DNA from: Sporichthya sp.
GTDB lineage: Bacteria; Actinomycetota; Actinomycetes; Sporichthyales; Sporichthyaceae
Direction of reading: 5' to 3'
Assembly: GCF_013815995.1 (NCBI RefSeq)
Contig: NZ_JACDFE010000001.1
Location: forward strand, 1 to 61,654
Length of the DNA: 61,654 nt
Below are positions 7,746-16,688 of this stretch, piece after piece. The position numbers and the translations under genes are program-made. Position 1 is the stretch's first letter. The number at the start of each line of letters is the position of its first letter. A model generated the notes under the pieces. That model did not search any database. It was not told where the DNA came from and saw only the letters and a list, made by a program, of their open reading frames with translations.

Positions 7746-9716
7746 ATGTCCCCCGCCCCCCGCAGCCGCCGTTCCGAGACACCGACCAGCCGACGGATCC
7801 GCGCGATCGCCGGCGGTGCCTCGATCGTGCTCCTCCTGACCGGATGCGGCCCTTTCGGCGGTGGGTCCGACGAGGACGAGGTGACCGCGACCGGCGCGGC
7901 GTTCCTCGCCGACTGGTCCGCCGGTCGGTACGCGGACGCGGCCGCCCGCACCACCGACCCGCGCCAGGCGGAGGCGGTCCTGCGCAAGGTGCAGGACACG
8001 CTTCGGCTGGGCACCCGGTCGTTCCGTCCCGGTGTGCTCTCCGGATGCAAGGACGACCGGCCCTGCGTGCTCGCCTTCGACGCAACGCTCTCGCTCGACG
8101 CCCTCGGGGACTGGAGCTACGGGGGCGCGTTGACCCTCAAGGAGAACCCGGACCATTCCGACCCGGCCCGAGCGTGGCAGGTCGACTGGAGTCCTGCGGT
8201 CGTCCACCCGAAGCTCACCAGCGACACTGCGCTGGCGCGCGTGCGCAAGCTCCCCTCGCGCGCCCCGATCCTGGGCCGCGACGGCGACCCGCTGGTGATC
8301 GAACGGGAGGTCGTCCGGGTCGGCGTGGCCGCCGGGAAGATCCCGGCTCAGGAATTGGCGAAGCTCTCCGAGGTGCTCGACGTCGGCTACGACGGACTGG
8401 TCAAGCGGACCCAGAACGCGCCGGCAGGCCAGTTCGTCGAGGCGGTGGTCCTGCGCCGGGCGGAGTTCGAGGCCGTCAAGCCGAGACTGGACGCCCTCGA
8501 GGGCGTCGTGACACGGAGCGACATGCTCCCCCTCGCTCCGACCCGGCAGTACGCCCGGGGCGTGCTCGGCACCGTCGGCGTGGCCACGAAGGAGACGCTG
8601 GAGAAGGCCGGCCCCACGGCCTCCGGCGTCGACGCCATCGGCTCGTCCGGCTTGCAGGCCGTCTATCAGAAGCAACTGGCCGGGCAACCGGGCGGGCGGG
8701 TCGACCTCGTCGACGCAGACGACGGCTCGGTGCTGGAGACGCTGCACGAGTTCACCCCGGTGGCCGGCACGCCATTGCGGATCTCGCTGGACAAGCAGGT
8801 GCAGGACGCGGCCGAACGCGCGCTGGAGTCGACCGAGGGGACTGCCTCGCTGGTGGCCATCGACACCGAGACCGGGGAGATCCTCGCCGTTGCCAACAGC
8901 CCGAAGGGCAGGGCCGGCGAGGACCGGGCCCTGGGCGGCCGGTACGCCCCCGGCTCCACCTTCAAGATCATCACGACGACCGCGCTGCTGCGCGACGGGC
9001 TCTCGCCGTCCGACACTGTCCCCTGCCCGCCGAGCATCAACGTCGGCGGCAAGCGGTTCGAGAACTACGACGGCCTCGGGTCCCTGGGCGAAGTCCCGTT
9101 CAGCGAGGACTTCACCGAGTCCTGCAACACCGCCTTCATCTCCAAGGCCGAGGACCTGGCGCCGGACGCGCTGAAGAAGGCGGCGGACTCCTTCGGCATC
9201 GGCGGCACGTGGGACCTCGCCATGAACAGCTTCTCCGGTGACGTCCCGGCGTCCTCGGACTCGGTCGACCAGGCCGCCGCCGCGATCGGCCAAGGGCGGG
9301 TCCTGATGAGCCCCCTGGCGATGGCCTCGGTCGCGGCCACCGTCGCCTCCGGGACCCCGCTGACTCCGCGGCTGGTCCTGAGCGGACCGCCGGCGGAAAC
9401 GGCCCCCGCGGCGCCGCTCCCGGACGGCCCCGCGCCCCTGCCCGCATTGCCAGAGGCGGCGACGCTGCGCGACCTCATGCTGGCGACCGTGCGCTCCGGG
9501 ACCGCCCGCGTCCTGGAGATCCCGGGCGAGCAGATCGGGGCGAAGACGGGCACCGCCGAGTACGGCAGCGGCACCCAGGCCGGCCTGCACGCCTGGATGG
9601 TCGGATTCCTGGACCACATCGCGTTCGCCGTCATCGTGGAGAACGGGGTGACCGGGGCGCAGACGGCCGGCCCGATCGCCCGTCGCTTCCTGCTCGACGT
9701 CCGCGACCTCGGCTGA
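7746..9716 (+). CDS. Class B penicillin-binding protein (lipoprotein; NTF2/MecA-N-like domain plus transpeptidase)
   Basis: Lipobox LLLTGC; SxxK (PGSTFK), SxN (SCN) and KTG (KTGTAE); GAGAGG before ATG 7746. Confidence 0.9.
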   Translation: MSPAPRSRRSETPTSRRIRAIAGGASIVLLLTGCGPFGGGSDEDEVTATGAAFLADWSAGRYADAAARTTDPRQAEAVLRKVQDTLRLGTRSFRPGVLSGCKDDRPCVLAFDATLSLDALGDWSYGGALTLKENPDHSDPARAWQVDWSPAVVHPKLTSDTALARVRKLPSRAPILGRDGDPLVIEREVVRVGVAAGKIPAQELAKLSEVLDVGYDGLVKRTQNAPAGQFVEAVVLRRAEFEAVKPRLDALEGVVTRSDMLPLAPTRQYARGVLGTVGVATKETLEKAGPTASGVDAIGSSGLQAVYQKQLAGQPGGRVDLVDADDGSVLETLHEFTPVAGTPLRISLDKQVQDAAERALESTEGTASLVAIDTETGEILAVANSPKGRAGEDRALGGRYAPGSTFKIITTTALLRDGLSPSDTVPCPPSINVGGKRFENYDGLGSLGEVPFSEDFTESCNTAFISKAEDLAPDALKKAADSFGIGGTWDLAMNSFSGDVPASSDSVDQAAAAIGQGRVLMSPLAMASVAATVASGTPLTPRLVLSGPPAETAPAAPLPDGPAPLPALPEAATLRDLMLATVRSGTARVLEIPGEQIGAKTGTAEYGSGTQAGLHAWMVGFLDHIAFAVIVENGVTGAQTAGPIARRFLLDVRDLG

Positions 9717-9719
9717 TCC

Positions 9720-9749
9720 TCCCCGGGCCCAGGCAGGAGGGCCGGGGAT
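9720..9749. terminator. GC-rich hairpin after the PBP stop, between convergent genes
   Basis: TCCCCGGGCCC...GGGCCGGGGA imperfect stem. Confidence 0.45.
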
Positions 9750-9794
9750 GGTTCCTGAACGGACAACGCTCGAAATCTGACGCGGTTTCAGAGG

Positions 9795-10213
9795 TCAGGG
9801 GATCCGCAGACCCAGAGGTCTGAGGCCCGCTGTACTCATCGCCAGTGCCCACGGTCCGGGACCGCGTTTGATGATCTCTCGCCGCAGCCGGTCTTCGTGG
9901 CGCAGGAACAGCTCCAGTTGTTGATGCGGGCCGAGGTCCTTCTTGGTCCCGATCCACACGGAACGGATTCCAAATTCGGCGTGGCCGCCAACTCGGCTGG
10001 TCGGGTGCGGATGCGCTTGTCGCGGGTGATCACGATCAACTTCCGGTGGGCGACGACAGGCATCCAGTCGAGATCCGGGGTACCAAGCGGAACTTGGGGC
10101 AGGCCAGGATGTCCCGGAAACAGCACGTCATCGCGCCCGCTCCTCAAGAGCAGCTTGCCAAGGCCCAAGGCGTTCTCGTCGGTGAAGTACAGCGCCCTTG
10201 GCGCCTTGGGCAT
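9795..10213 (-). pseudogene. VapC45-like PIN-domain toxin, frameshifted near 9985
   Basis: YFTDENALG...TPDLDW...VITRDKRIRTRPAEL; a second frame continues EFGIRSVWIG...RGPGPWAL to a stop at 9795. Confidence 0.7.
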
Positions 10214-10895
10214 CAGGCAGCAGGCTCGCGACCGACTATCAGCTCGAACCGAATCGCTGCATCGACCTGTTGGGCCGTCAGATCGTAGAGGTCGGCTAGT
10301 TCCTCGCGACTAGTACCAGCGCTGTAGTCCTCAGCTAGTGATTCGGTCCGCACGTTACGGATCGTCGGCTGGCCGAAACTGCGGACGGGGTCCATCACGA
10401 CCTCAGGGGTACGAGGATCGGGCCGGAGGCGTCCGGCGACGCCCTCGTCATAGTCAACTGCCGAGCTGAATCGCTCAGCCTCGTCCGCGAGGATCAGCTG
10501 GTTGTTACGCACGATGACCAACTGCAGGCGGCGCTCCAGCTTCACCTGCTCCTGCACCACGCGGACCAACTCTCGCCCCTCGACCTCGAGGAACGGCCGA
10601 GCGTGCGCCAAGGGGTACAGACCGAACTCTTCGCGAAGCCGCACGATCGCCGGACGCATCCGCTGAACCGGGACGTCACGGCTGCGGAACTCCGCCAAAA
10701 GACGAGCCTCGACCATCTCGCCCCACGTCACGGCGTCGGACCCGGAGGGCTCCGGACGCAGCACGGGGTCGTAGAAGCAGCTGGCTCGTTCGTAGCCCTC
10801 GAGCCATCGACGAGCAGTGCCTGCATGCAGACCGACCAAGCGATCGACATCCCCGTAGGAGTAGATCGCGCGAGGTCGAGCATCGAACTGGCCAT
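10213..10895 (-). pseudogene. VapB45-like DUF433 antitoxin; apparent frameshift just after the start
   Basis: IYSYGDVDRLVGL...TARRWLEG; C-terminal DPVRSFGQPTI...ELADLYDLT...AAIRFE. ATG 10895 (MASSMLD) is out of frame with the body. Confidence 0.72.
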
Positions 10896-11038
10896 GCGCA
10901 CATCTTGCACCTGGCCACCCACTGCACGCGCTCAAGTTCATCCGTGTTGGCAACACCGCCCAAGCAGCGCACGTCCGCCGCAATCCAGCGACGTCCGCCG
11001 AGGGGTCGCTCGAGTCCGTCTCGGCGTGTCGCGAAATC

Positions 11039-11071
11039 TGCGTACAAGCTGCGTACAAGCTGCGTACTCAA
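11039..11071 (+). repeat. Three tandem 11-bp repeats (putative tyrosine-integrase arm sites)
   Basis: TGCGTACAAGC TGCGTACAAGC TGCGTACTCAA, about 50 bp from a tRNA fragment. Confidence 0.75.
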
Positions 11072-11106
11072 GAGCCCCGATCGCCGTATGTGGCGATCAG
11101 GGCTCT
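11071..11106 (-). terminator. Hairpin downstream of the tRNA 3' fragment
   Basis: AGAGCCC-C-GATCGCC/GGCGATC-A-GGGCTCT stem; a degenerate copy lies at about 7351-7385. Confidence 0.6.
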
Positions 11107-11123
11107 GACCTGCGGAAGCTAAG

Positions 11124-11166
11124 TAGCGGGGGCAGGATTTGAACCTGCGACCTCTGGGTTATGAGC
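11124..11166 (-). pseudogene. 3' half of tRNA-fMet(CAT), att-site remnant no. 2
   Basis: Reverse complement GCTCATAACCCAGAGGTCGCAGGTTCAAATCCTGCCCCCGCTA; same 5' breakpoint as copy 1. Confidence 0.88.
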
Positions 11167-11168
11167 GC

Positions 11169-12122
11169 TCAGAAGGCCTGGTCGATCTCGCCGATCCAGC
11201 TGTTGACCTGGCTCACGGCGTCGTCGAGAGGAATCGTGATGGCCGCCGATGATGCGGCCCGTGCATAGTCGTTCGCCCAGTGCGGATGGGAAATCACGGT
11301 TGGCGGCCAAGCCCGAGGAGTCAACCCGAGGTGCTCAGCTTCTTGGGCTCGACCTTCGAACACCGCGGCCCCGGCAGCACGGATCTCGCTGAGTCGCGGG
11401 CTCCCGGTTGCCTGCGTGAGGTCGCGCAGGAGCAGGAGGTCCACGACGTCACGAGGGCGGTCGTTGACGCTCGCCGGCGGATCGTGAAGATCCGACACGG
11501 CATGGAGCTTCTGCGCGATCTGGAACCTCATGGCGATGCCAACGAGAACGTCAGGGTCAGGCAGGCCGAAGCCGGCCAGCGGGGGTGGCTGGATGGATTC
11601 GAACTCGTCACCGACGCCGGCCTCATCAGGGGAGACCTCGATCTGGATACGCCGCCACGTGACACCGCGGAGCCCGATGATGATGTCGAATCGTCGGGGC
11701 TTGAGGGTTCTCGCGGGCACGTTGACCACCGTGACCTCACCACGCCGCAACGTCAGTGGGCCCCACGGCTCGGCCAGTACACGCTCGAGTTCGACCAGGA
11801 ACGCATCGAGGTCGGCCCTGACCAGTCCGTCGACATCCTTGGTAGCGCGCGCTGTGGAGGTGAGGCGGTGCTGGAGGAGAGTGCCCCCTTTGAGCAGGAA
11901 CACCTGCCTGTCGTCGACGTCGACGACTCGCTGCAGCGCCGCGATCACCACCGAAGAGGCGACGAGCCACCCGAGTCGCCCTCCGCTCGCCTCCGGGCCG
12001 AGCTTGCTCTCCGCTTGGAAGATCCAGTTGTTCAGCACCGCCGCGGACACCGGCTGCCTGTCCTTCGGCTTCAAGGTCCGCAGCAAGTCGGCGAGCCGCG
12101 AACCGACGGGTTCATCGCTCAT
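11169..12122 (-). CDS. AbiEii/AbiGii-family nucleotidyltransferase toxin (type IV TA)
   Basis: FLLKGGTLL...ARATKDVD, QIAQKLHA and RPRDVVDL motifs. Confidence 0.88.
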   Translation of the reverse strand: MSDEPVGSRLADLLRTLKPKDRQPVSAAVLNNWIFQAESKLGPEASGGRLGWLVASSVVIAALQRVVDVDDRQVFLLKGGTLLQHRLTSTARATKDVDGLVRADLDAFLVELERVLAEPWGPLTLRRGEVTVVNVPARTLKPRRFDIIIGLRGVTWRRIQIEVSPDEAGVGDEFESIQPPPLAGFGLPDPDVLVGIAMRFQIAQKLHAVSDLHDPPASVNDRPRDVVDLLLLRDLTQATGSPRLSEIRAAGAAVFEGRAQEAEHLGLTPRAWPPTVISHPHWANDYARAASSAAITIPLDDAVSQVNSWIGEIDQAF

Positions 12123-12684
12123 GACGCAGCTCCAGTGCCGTCGCGAGCTCGTCGCGCTCCGCGCTCTGCAGGTATCCCTGGGCATGGCCGCGCTCAAGGG
12201 CCTGGCGAAGCACATACGTGGGAGTTCCGTAATCGAGGCACTGGGCCACGGCCGCCGCCGGAGCCACCGTGGGGATCTCCTGCCACCAACCGATCTGACG
12301 TTGCGTCAAATCTTCATAGTGGACCTCATACAGCTCTCCACCCGCGCGGCGAAGTCGGCGCCGCTTGGCGACAGTGACGTGGATGCGGTTGGGGTTGACG
12401 TCACTGATGCCATAGGCGTCGAGCGCGGTTTCGTGACTCAGACAGGCCTCGGGCGCTCGAGTCCACAGGACCGCCAGCGCGTACGGGTCGTACTGGTCGA
12501 CCGGGTACTGCGGGAACCGGTACACCCCGTGGGCCGCGCGGTTCAGGGTTCCCCGGTGGACCAACATCTGCAAGGTCTGGATGCCGATTCCCAACGTGTC
12601 CGCCTGCTGAGCCGTCACGTACCCGTGCTGACGCGTCGCCACCTCCCAGAGGTCGTCCCGCGCGAGGGCTCTGCCCGGTTTCAT
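12112..12684 (-). CDS. AbiEi-family antitoxin (type IV TA)
   Basis: ATRQHGYVT...RGTLNRAAHGVYRF, SHETALDAYGI, IHVTV. Confidence 0.88.
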   Translation of the reverse strand: MKPGRALARDDLWEVATRQHGYVTAQQADTLGIGIQTLQMLVHRGTLNRAAHGVYRFPQYPVDQYDPYALAVLWTRAPEACLSHETALDAYGISDVNPNRIHVTVAKRRRLRRAGGELYEVHYEDLTQRQIGWWQEIPTVAPAAAVAQCLDYGTPTYVLRQALERGHAQGYLQSAERDELATALELRHER

Positions 12685-12719
12685 GGCAAAACTATAACGT
12701 AACCGTGGTACTTTTGCCA
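12684..12719 (-). promoter_or_regulatory. AbiE operator inverted repeat over a probably leaderless promoter
   Basis: TGGCAAAACTATAACG/CGTGGTACTTTTGCCA imperfect IR; minus-strand TATAGT lies 6 nt before the ATG. Confidence 0.65.
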
Positions 12720-12731
12720 GAGGACCAGCTG

Positions 12732-14426
12732 CTACCAGCTCCGCTCGTCGAACAGCTTGATCAGATTGCGCTTCGGCTTGTGGGTGGCGCGCAGCTTCAT
12801 CAGGTACGGCGAGAAGTCCGGCGCCCGGTCCGCGGCGAGCATCAGGCGGCCCACCCGAGCGATCAGGTCCACCGCCTCGGCATAGGCCTGGTTGTTCTTC
12901 GCATCAATGCGACGCTCGACCTCGGCCTGCCAGATCGGGATCACCTCCAACGGATGCTCGGCCTCACGCAACGCGGCGAGTCTCAACCACAGCACCCGCC
13001 GGCAGCCCGCCCCATTCGCTTCCGTCCAGGCCTGCTCGACATCACCGTCGAAGAGCAGCACCTCGACCAGCGTCGAGCTGTCCAGACCATAGGACGACCA
13101 CGGACTTGCCCGACCCTTCGTCGGCTGCTTATTAGCTTGGGTGATCCGCTTTCGCAGCAGCTCCAAGGCCTGCTCATGCCAGTCCGGCCACAGATCGGCG
13201 CGCTGCGCCTGCTCGGCCAGCTGTTGGTAGGTGCGTAGCCCGGGGGTGGCGTCATACGCATCCCACGCCACCCGCACGGCGTCCTCGCCGCGACCGGCAC
13301 GGTGGTACTCCTGCGCCGCCGCCTCCACCAACCGCGAGTCCGAGCCACCGTGCAACGCCAGGCCCTTCTCCGCCCAGGCCAGCGCGTCCTCGTAGCGCTT
13401 CGCACCGCGGTAGACCTCGGCGATCCGCACGAACTGATAGGCGCAGGACTGGTCCCGCGCCAGAACATCGACCACCGCGTCGACATCACCGGTCAGCGCG
13501 GCGAGGGACTCCATGATGTTGGTGATCCGGAAGCGTCGGGATGAGTAGCTGCGCTCCTCCTGCCCTGGCCCTAGTGATGGCAGGGCGTCCCACTCCTCCT
13601 GCGCGAGGCGCCGGTACTCGACGAGACCCTTGTCACCGAGCACGTCTGCGTAGGTGCCTGCAGCACCGAAGAAGACATCGAGGTCGCCGGCGTGCCGCTC
13701 GCGGTCGAACAGATTCCGGGCGAGTGTCACCGGATCGGGCTTGACCGCCAGGCACGCATCGTGGTGCAGGTCATGCAGTCGTTCGGCAATGCCGGACATC
13801 CACCCATCGGAGTCATCGACGGAGCCGACGGCATCCTCTGCCCGGTCGATGGCATGCTCGGCCAGCGCGATCACCTGCTCGGCGTGCCCGTCGCCGACCA
13901 GGTCCTGCAACGAGTCGAGGACCGAGTTGACGTTGGCCACGTAGTCGTACATCTCGCGGTAACCGACGTAGTCGTCCACCACGAACGCCTCGTCGATCGC
14001 ATGCCGAAACACCGCTGGGTTCGCCGAACCCCCGCCCGCCCGCGCCGCATCCATCCTCAGGCGCGCGTCGAAGATGTCGTCCTCAGCCGCACGCCCGACT
14101 AGGAGGTCCACCAACACGTAGTGGTCCAGGCCTTCCAAGTAGCCCCGGACATCGACCCCCGCCTCGGCACTCGCGCTCGGATCCGCGCCCGGATCGGTCA
14201 CCACCAGCGCCACGGCTACCGCGTGCTTGCAGAACCGACCCTCCTGGCCCACCGGGCAGGAGCAGTTGTAGGCCGGTTCATCGTCGTCGTCGAGCCAGAG
14301 TTCGACCTGGTACGACGCCGAGCCGCGCACCTTGGCCTTGACGCTGTCCTCGCTGGCCGCCCGTTTGCCCACTCGGTCCTTCGCGGCGTACAGCAGGCCG
14401 CGCTCGAACGAACGCCGATCCGCCAA
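12732..14426 (-). CDS. SWIM zinc-finger protein with helical repeat C-terminus (5' end uncertain)
   Basis: CSCP...FCKHAVA SWIM motif; SFERGLLY N-terminus; HKPKRNLIK C-terminus. Confidence 0.85.
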   Translation of the reverse strand: MADRRSFERGLLYAAKDRVGKRAASEDSVKAKVRGSASYQVELWLDDDDEPAYNCSCPVGQEGRFCKHAVAVALVVTDPGADPSASAEAGVDVRGYLEGLDHYVLVDLLVGRAAEDDIFDARLRMDAARAGGGSANPAVFRHAIDEAFVVDDYVGYREMYDYVANVNSVLDSLQDLVGDGHAEQVIALAEHAIDRAEDAVGSVDDSDGWMSGIAERLHDLHHDACLAVKPDPVTLARNLFDRERHAGDLDVFFGAAGTYADVLGDKGLVEYRRLAQEEWDALPSLGPGQEERSYSSRRFRITNIMESLAALTGDVDAVVDVLARDQSCAYQFVRIAEVYRGAKRYEDALAWAEKGLALHGGSDSRLVEAAAQEYHRAGRGEDAVRVAWDAYDATPGLRTYQQLAEQAQRADLWPDWHEQALELLRKRITQANKQPTKGRASPWSSYGLDSSTLVEVLLFDGDVEQAWTEANGAGCRRVLWLRLAALREAEHPLEVIPIWQAEVERRIDAKNNQAYAEAVDLIARVGRLMLAADRAPDFSPYLMKLRATHKPKRNLIKLFDERSW

Positions 14427-14506
14427 CGCCTCAACCGAACGCCGGGCGAACGCCCGCCTGAATGAACCGCCCCAACCGTGGAGCAGCTCCGAGCCGCGCT
14501 CACCCG

Positions 14507-14773
14507 ATGACGGACGACAAGAGGGTCGGCGCCATCGCCGCCCTGGCCGGTGTGGGGCTGGCGCTGTGTTGCGCCCTACCGGTGCTGGTGAGTCTCGGCG
14601 CCGGGATCACCATCGCCGGGCTCGGGCTCGGCAGCTCGGCGCTCGCCGTCGCCGGACTGATCGTCGTGGCCGTGGGCGTCGGGCAGTTCCGCCGCCACCG
14701 CACGTGCGGATCGGCGCAGCCTTCGGAGCGAAGGGAGCGCACCGGCGATGTCGACCGCGGTGGGACGCGCTGA
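14507..14773 (+). CDS. MerT/MerF-like small membrane protein with Cys-Cys pair
   Basis: LALCCALPVL within TM1, then a second TM; preceded by the truncated tail PTVEQLRAALTR*. Confidence 0.5.
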   Translation: MTDDKRVGAIAALAGVGLALCCALPVLVSLGAGITIAGLGLGSSALAVAGLIVVAVGVGQFRRHRTCGSAQPSERRERTGDVDRGGTR

Positions 14774-15230
14774 GCTGCAGCGCCTTCTGGACGCCGGAGC
14801 CCAGCTCGTCGAGGTGTCCCCACGAAGGAGTACGACGAGGAGCACCTTCCCGGCGCCCTGCACCTGCCGCTGAAATCGCTGACCCGGCCGAAGGCGGAGG
14901 AGATCCTCGACCGAGTTCGCCCGGTCATCGCTACTGCTGGGACGCGCTCTGCGATATGACCCCGCGGGCCGCGGCCAGGCTCGAGGCGTTCGGCTACCCC
15001 GAGGTCTTCGACTACGTCGTCGGCAAGGCGGATTGGCTCGCCGCCGGTCTGCCCACCCAAGGCAACCGCCCGCACCCCGCGCGGGTGGCCGAGGTCATGA
15101 ACCGGTCGGTGCCGACCTGCACCCCCGACGAGCGGATCGCCGACGTGGTCGCCCGACTGCCCCCCGGGTCAGCAGTCTGCGTGGTCATCAATGACCATCG
15201 AGTCGTCCAGGGACGGCTGCGCCAGCTCAG
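14748..15230 (+). pseudogene. Rhodanese plus CBS-domain protein remnant
   Basis: AQLVEV / EYDEEHLPGALHLPL / YCWDALCDMTPRAA...GKADWLAAGLP spread over several frames, then CBS-like VPTCTPDERIAD; truncated. Confidence 0.7.
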
Positions 15231-15369
15231 CGCTACTTCGCGCGTTCGCGGAAGACCTGACCCCGCGCTGGGAGCGAGGGCAGGCAGCGACGAGAGGTGC
15301 TCAGGTCTGGGCAGTTGGCGTCTTGCTCGGTCAGAATGTTCCTGCCGCGTGCCTCGTCAGGGAGTGTTG

Positions 15370-15570
15370 ATGTACATGCAGTCGAGGAGCGTACGGGTCG
15401 ACCTGTCCACGCATCGCGAGATCAAGGCGCTCGCCGCCGAGCTCGGCACGAGCATCGGGGACACCGTCGCGCTCGCGATCCGCAGGCTGCGGCAGGACCA
15501 GATCGGTGCCCAACTGCGGACAGAGCAGACAGCCGCCGAGGCGGCCTGGCAAGACGCCGAAACCGAGTGA
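15370..15570 (+). CDS. Small RHH-like antitoxin (MazE-like)
   Basis: SVRVDLSTHREIKALAAELGTSIGDTVALAIRRLRQ; GTGA-coupled to a MazF-like start. Confidence 0.55.
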   Translation: MYMQSRSVRVDLSTHREIKALAAELGTSIGDTVALAIRRLRQDQIGAQLRTEQTAAEAAWQDAETE

Positions 15571-15650
15571 TCCTGCGCGAAAGCATCATCGTGGACCTCA
15601 ACCCCGGCCAATCGGCCGCCAGGCAGGTCTGGGCTCCGTGTCGATTCTTG
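15567..15650 (+). pseudogene. Possible MazF/PemK toxin N-terminal remnant
   Basis: MILRESIIVDLNPGQ resembles the RG-x-I-x-x-V-D-L-x-P start of MazF; it degenerates immediately afterwards. Confidence 0.35.
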
Positions 15651-15666
15651 TCCCGGTTGCCAGAAC

Positions 15667-16110
15667 CTAGCCCGGGTCGATCTCCCTGAGAATCACCACG
15701 GGGATTTCCCGCTCGGTTCGCTGCTGATAGGTCGCGTAAGCGCGATACATCTTCACCAGCTTTGGCCAGAGCCGCGCCTTGTCGTCCGCGTTCGCGACCT
15801 CGGCGCGCATCTCGCGCCGGGTTCCCAAGACCTCGACGGTGACCTTCGGATCGGCGACCAAGTTGTGGAACCACTGCGGGGACCGGTCGTCCCCGCCGTA
15901 ACTGGCCACCACGACGATCCGCGCACCGTCGCTCAGGTAGACCAGCGGCACGGTGCGGGCCTTGCCCGACTTACGCCCGGCGGTGGTCAGCAGCAGCACC
16001 GGAGCCTTGCGAAGGTGGCTGCCGATCCTGCCGTCGGTGCGCCGGTAGACGTTGGAGTGCAGGCGATTGACGATCCTGACCGCGCGGTCCTTCATCGCTC
16101 TCGCACTCAT
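15667..16110 (-). CDS. Deazaflavin (F420H2)-dependent nitroreductase/quinone reductase, Ddn family
   Basis: VLLLTTAGRKSGKARTVPL, VVASYGG...PQWFHNLVADP and YQQRTEREIPVV motifs. Confidence 0.9.
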   Translation of the reverse strand: MSARAMKDRAVRIVNRLHSNVYRRTDGRIGSHLRKAPVLLLTTAGRKSGKARTVPLVYLSDGARIVVVASYGGDDRSPQWFHNLVADPKVTVEVLGTRREMRAEVANADDKARLWPKLVKMYRAYATYQQRTEREIPVVILREIDPG

Positions 16111-16608
16111 TGGCCCAGGACCTGGCGAATCGGCGCCTGGTACCGGCCCGTGTTGGGCGGCCCGTCCTCAGCCTGGTCGGCTGGGCAGGGCCGGCCAAGC
16201 AGGTACACCGACGTCGCAACCATCCAGATCAACGGCGCGCCCAGCGGGACGTAGACCCCCAGCAGACCGTTGCTGATCTCCCAGACCCCGTGGTGCACGA
16301 AGCCGGTCGGGATGAAGAAGAGCTGCGAAGAACACGCGGGTCACCATTCCGTCGCCGCCCTCGGCCGCGCGCAGGATCGAGTACAGCCGCGCCTCGAACC
16401 AGATCAACGCGAACAGCGACAGGCAGCCCAGCGTCGCCGCGGCCCGACACGCGCCGGTATGGTCGACAAGCCCCTGCTGGACCTCGACCGCGTTGCCGTA
16501 GTCCGGCCGTCCGGGCAACCGCCAGCACGCCCATCCGAACGCGAACAGCAGGGCGGGCGCGATGCCACCCAGGGCACCGATGACGTTGCGCGCGCGTTCA
16601 CTCAGCAC
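16107..16608 (-). pseudogene. Membrane protein, frameshifted or internally deleted
   Basis: Hydrophobic ORF 16168-16608 continues in another frame as FFIPTGFVHHGVWEISNGLLGVYVPLGAPLIW to 16107. Confidence 0.5.
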
Positions 16609-16688
16609 CCGACACTCCGATCGTCACGAGCACGTGGCCCGCACAGGCGAAGGACCCCAGAGAGTGCGCGGAGCGGATCTGCCCGCGG

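Noticed and set aside
11039-11071. CRISPR array
   Set aside because: The 11-bp units are contiguous with no spacers, and no cas genes are present in the window.
7404-11166. Functional tRNA-Met genes
   Set aside because: Both copies lack the acceptor 5' strand, D-arm and most of the 5' anticodon stem, so they cannot form a cloverleaf.
14478-14489. GTGGAGCAGCTC as the 5' half of tRNA-fMet
   Set aside because: Only 12 nt, on the opposite strand to the fragments, and better explained as coding sequence (VEQL).
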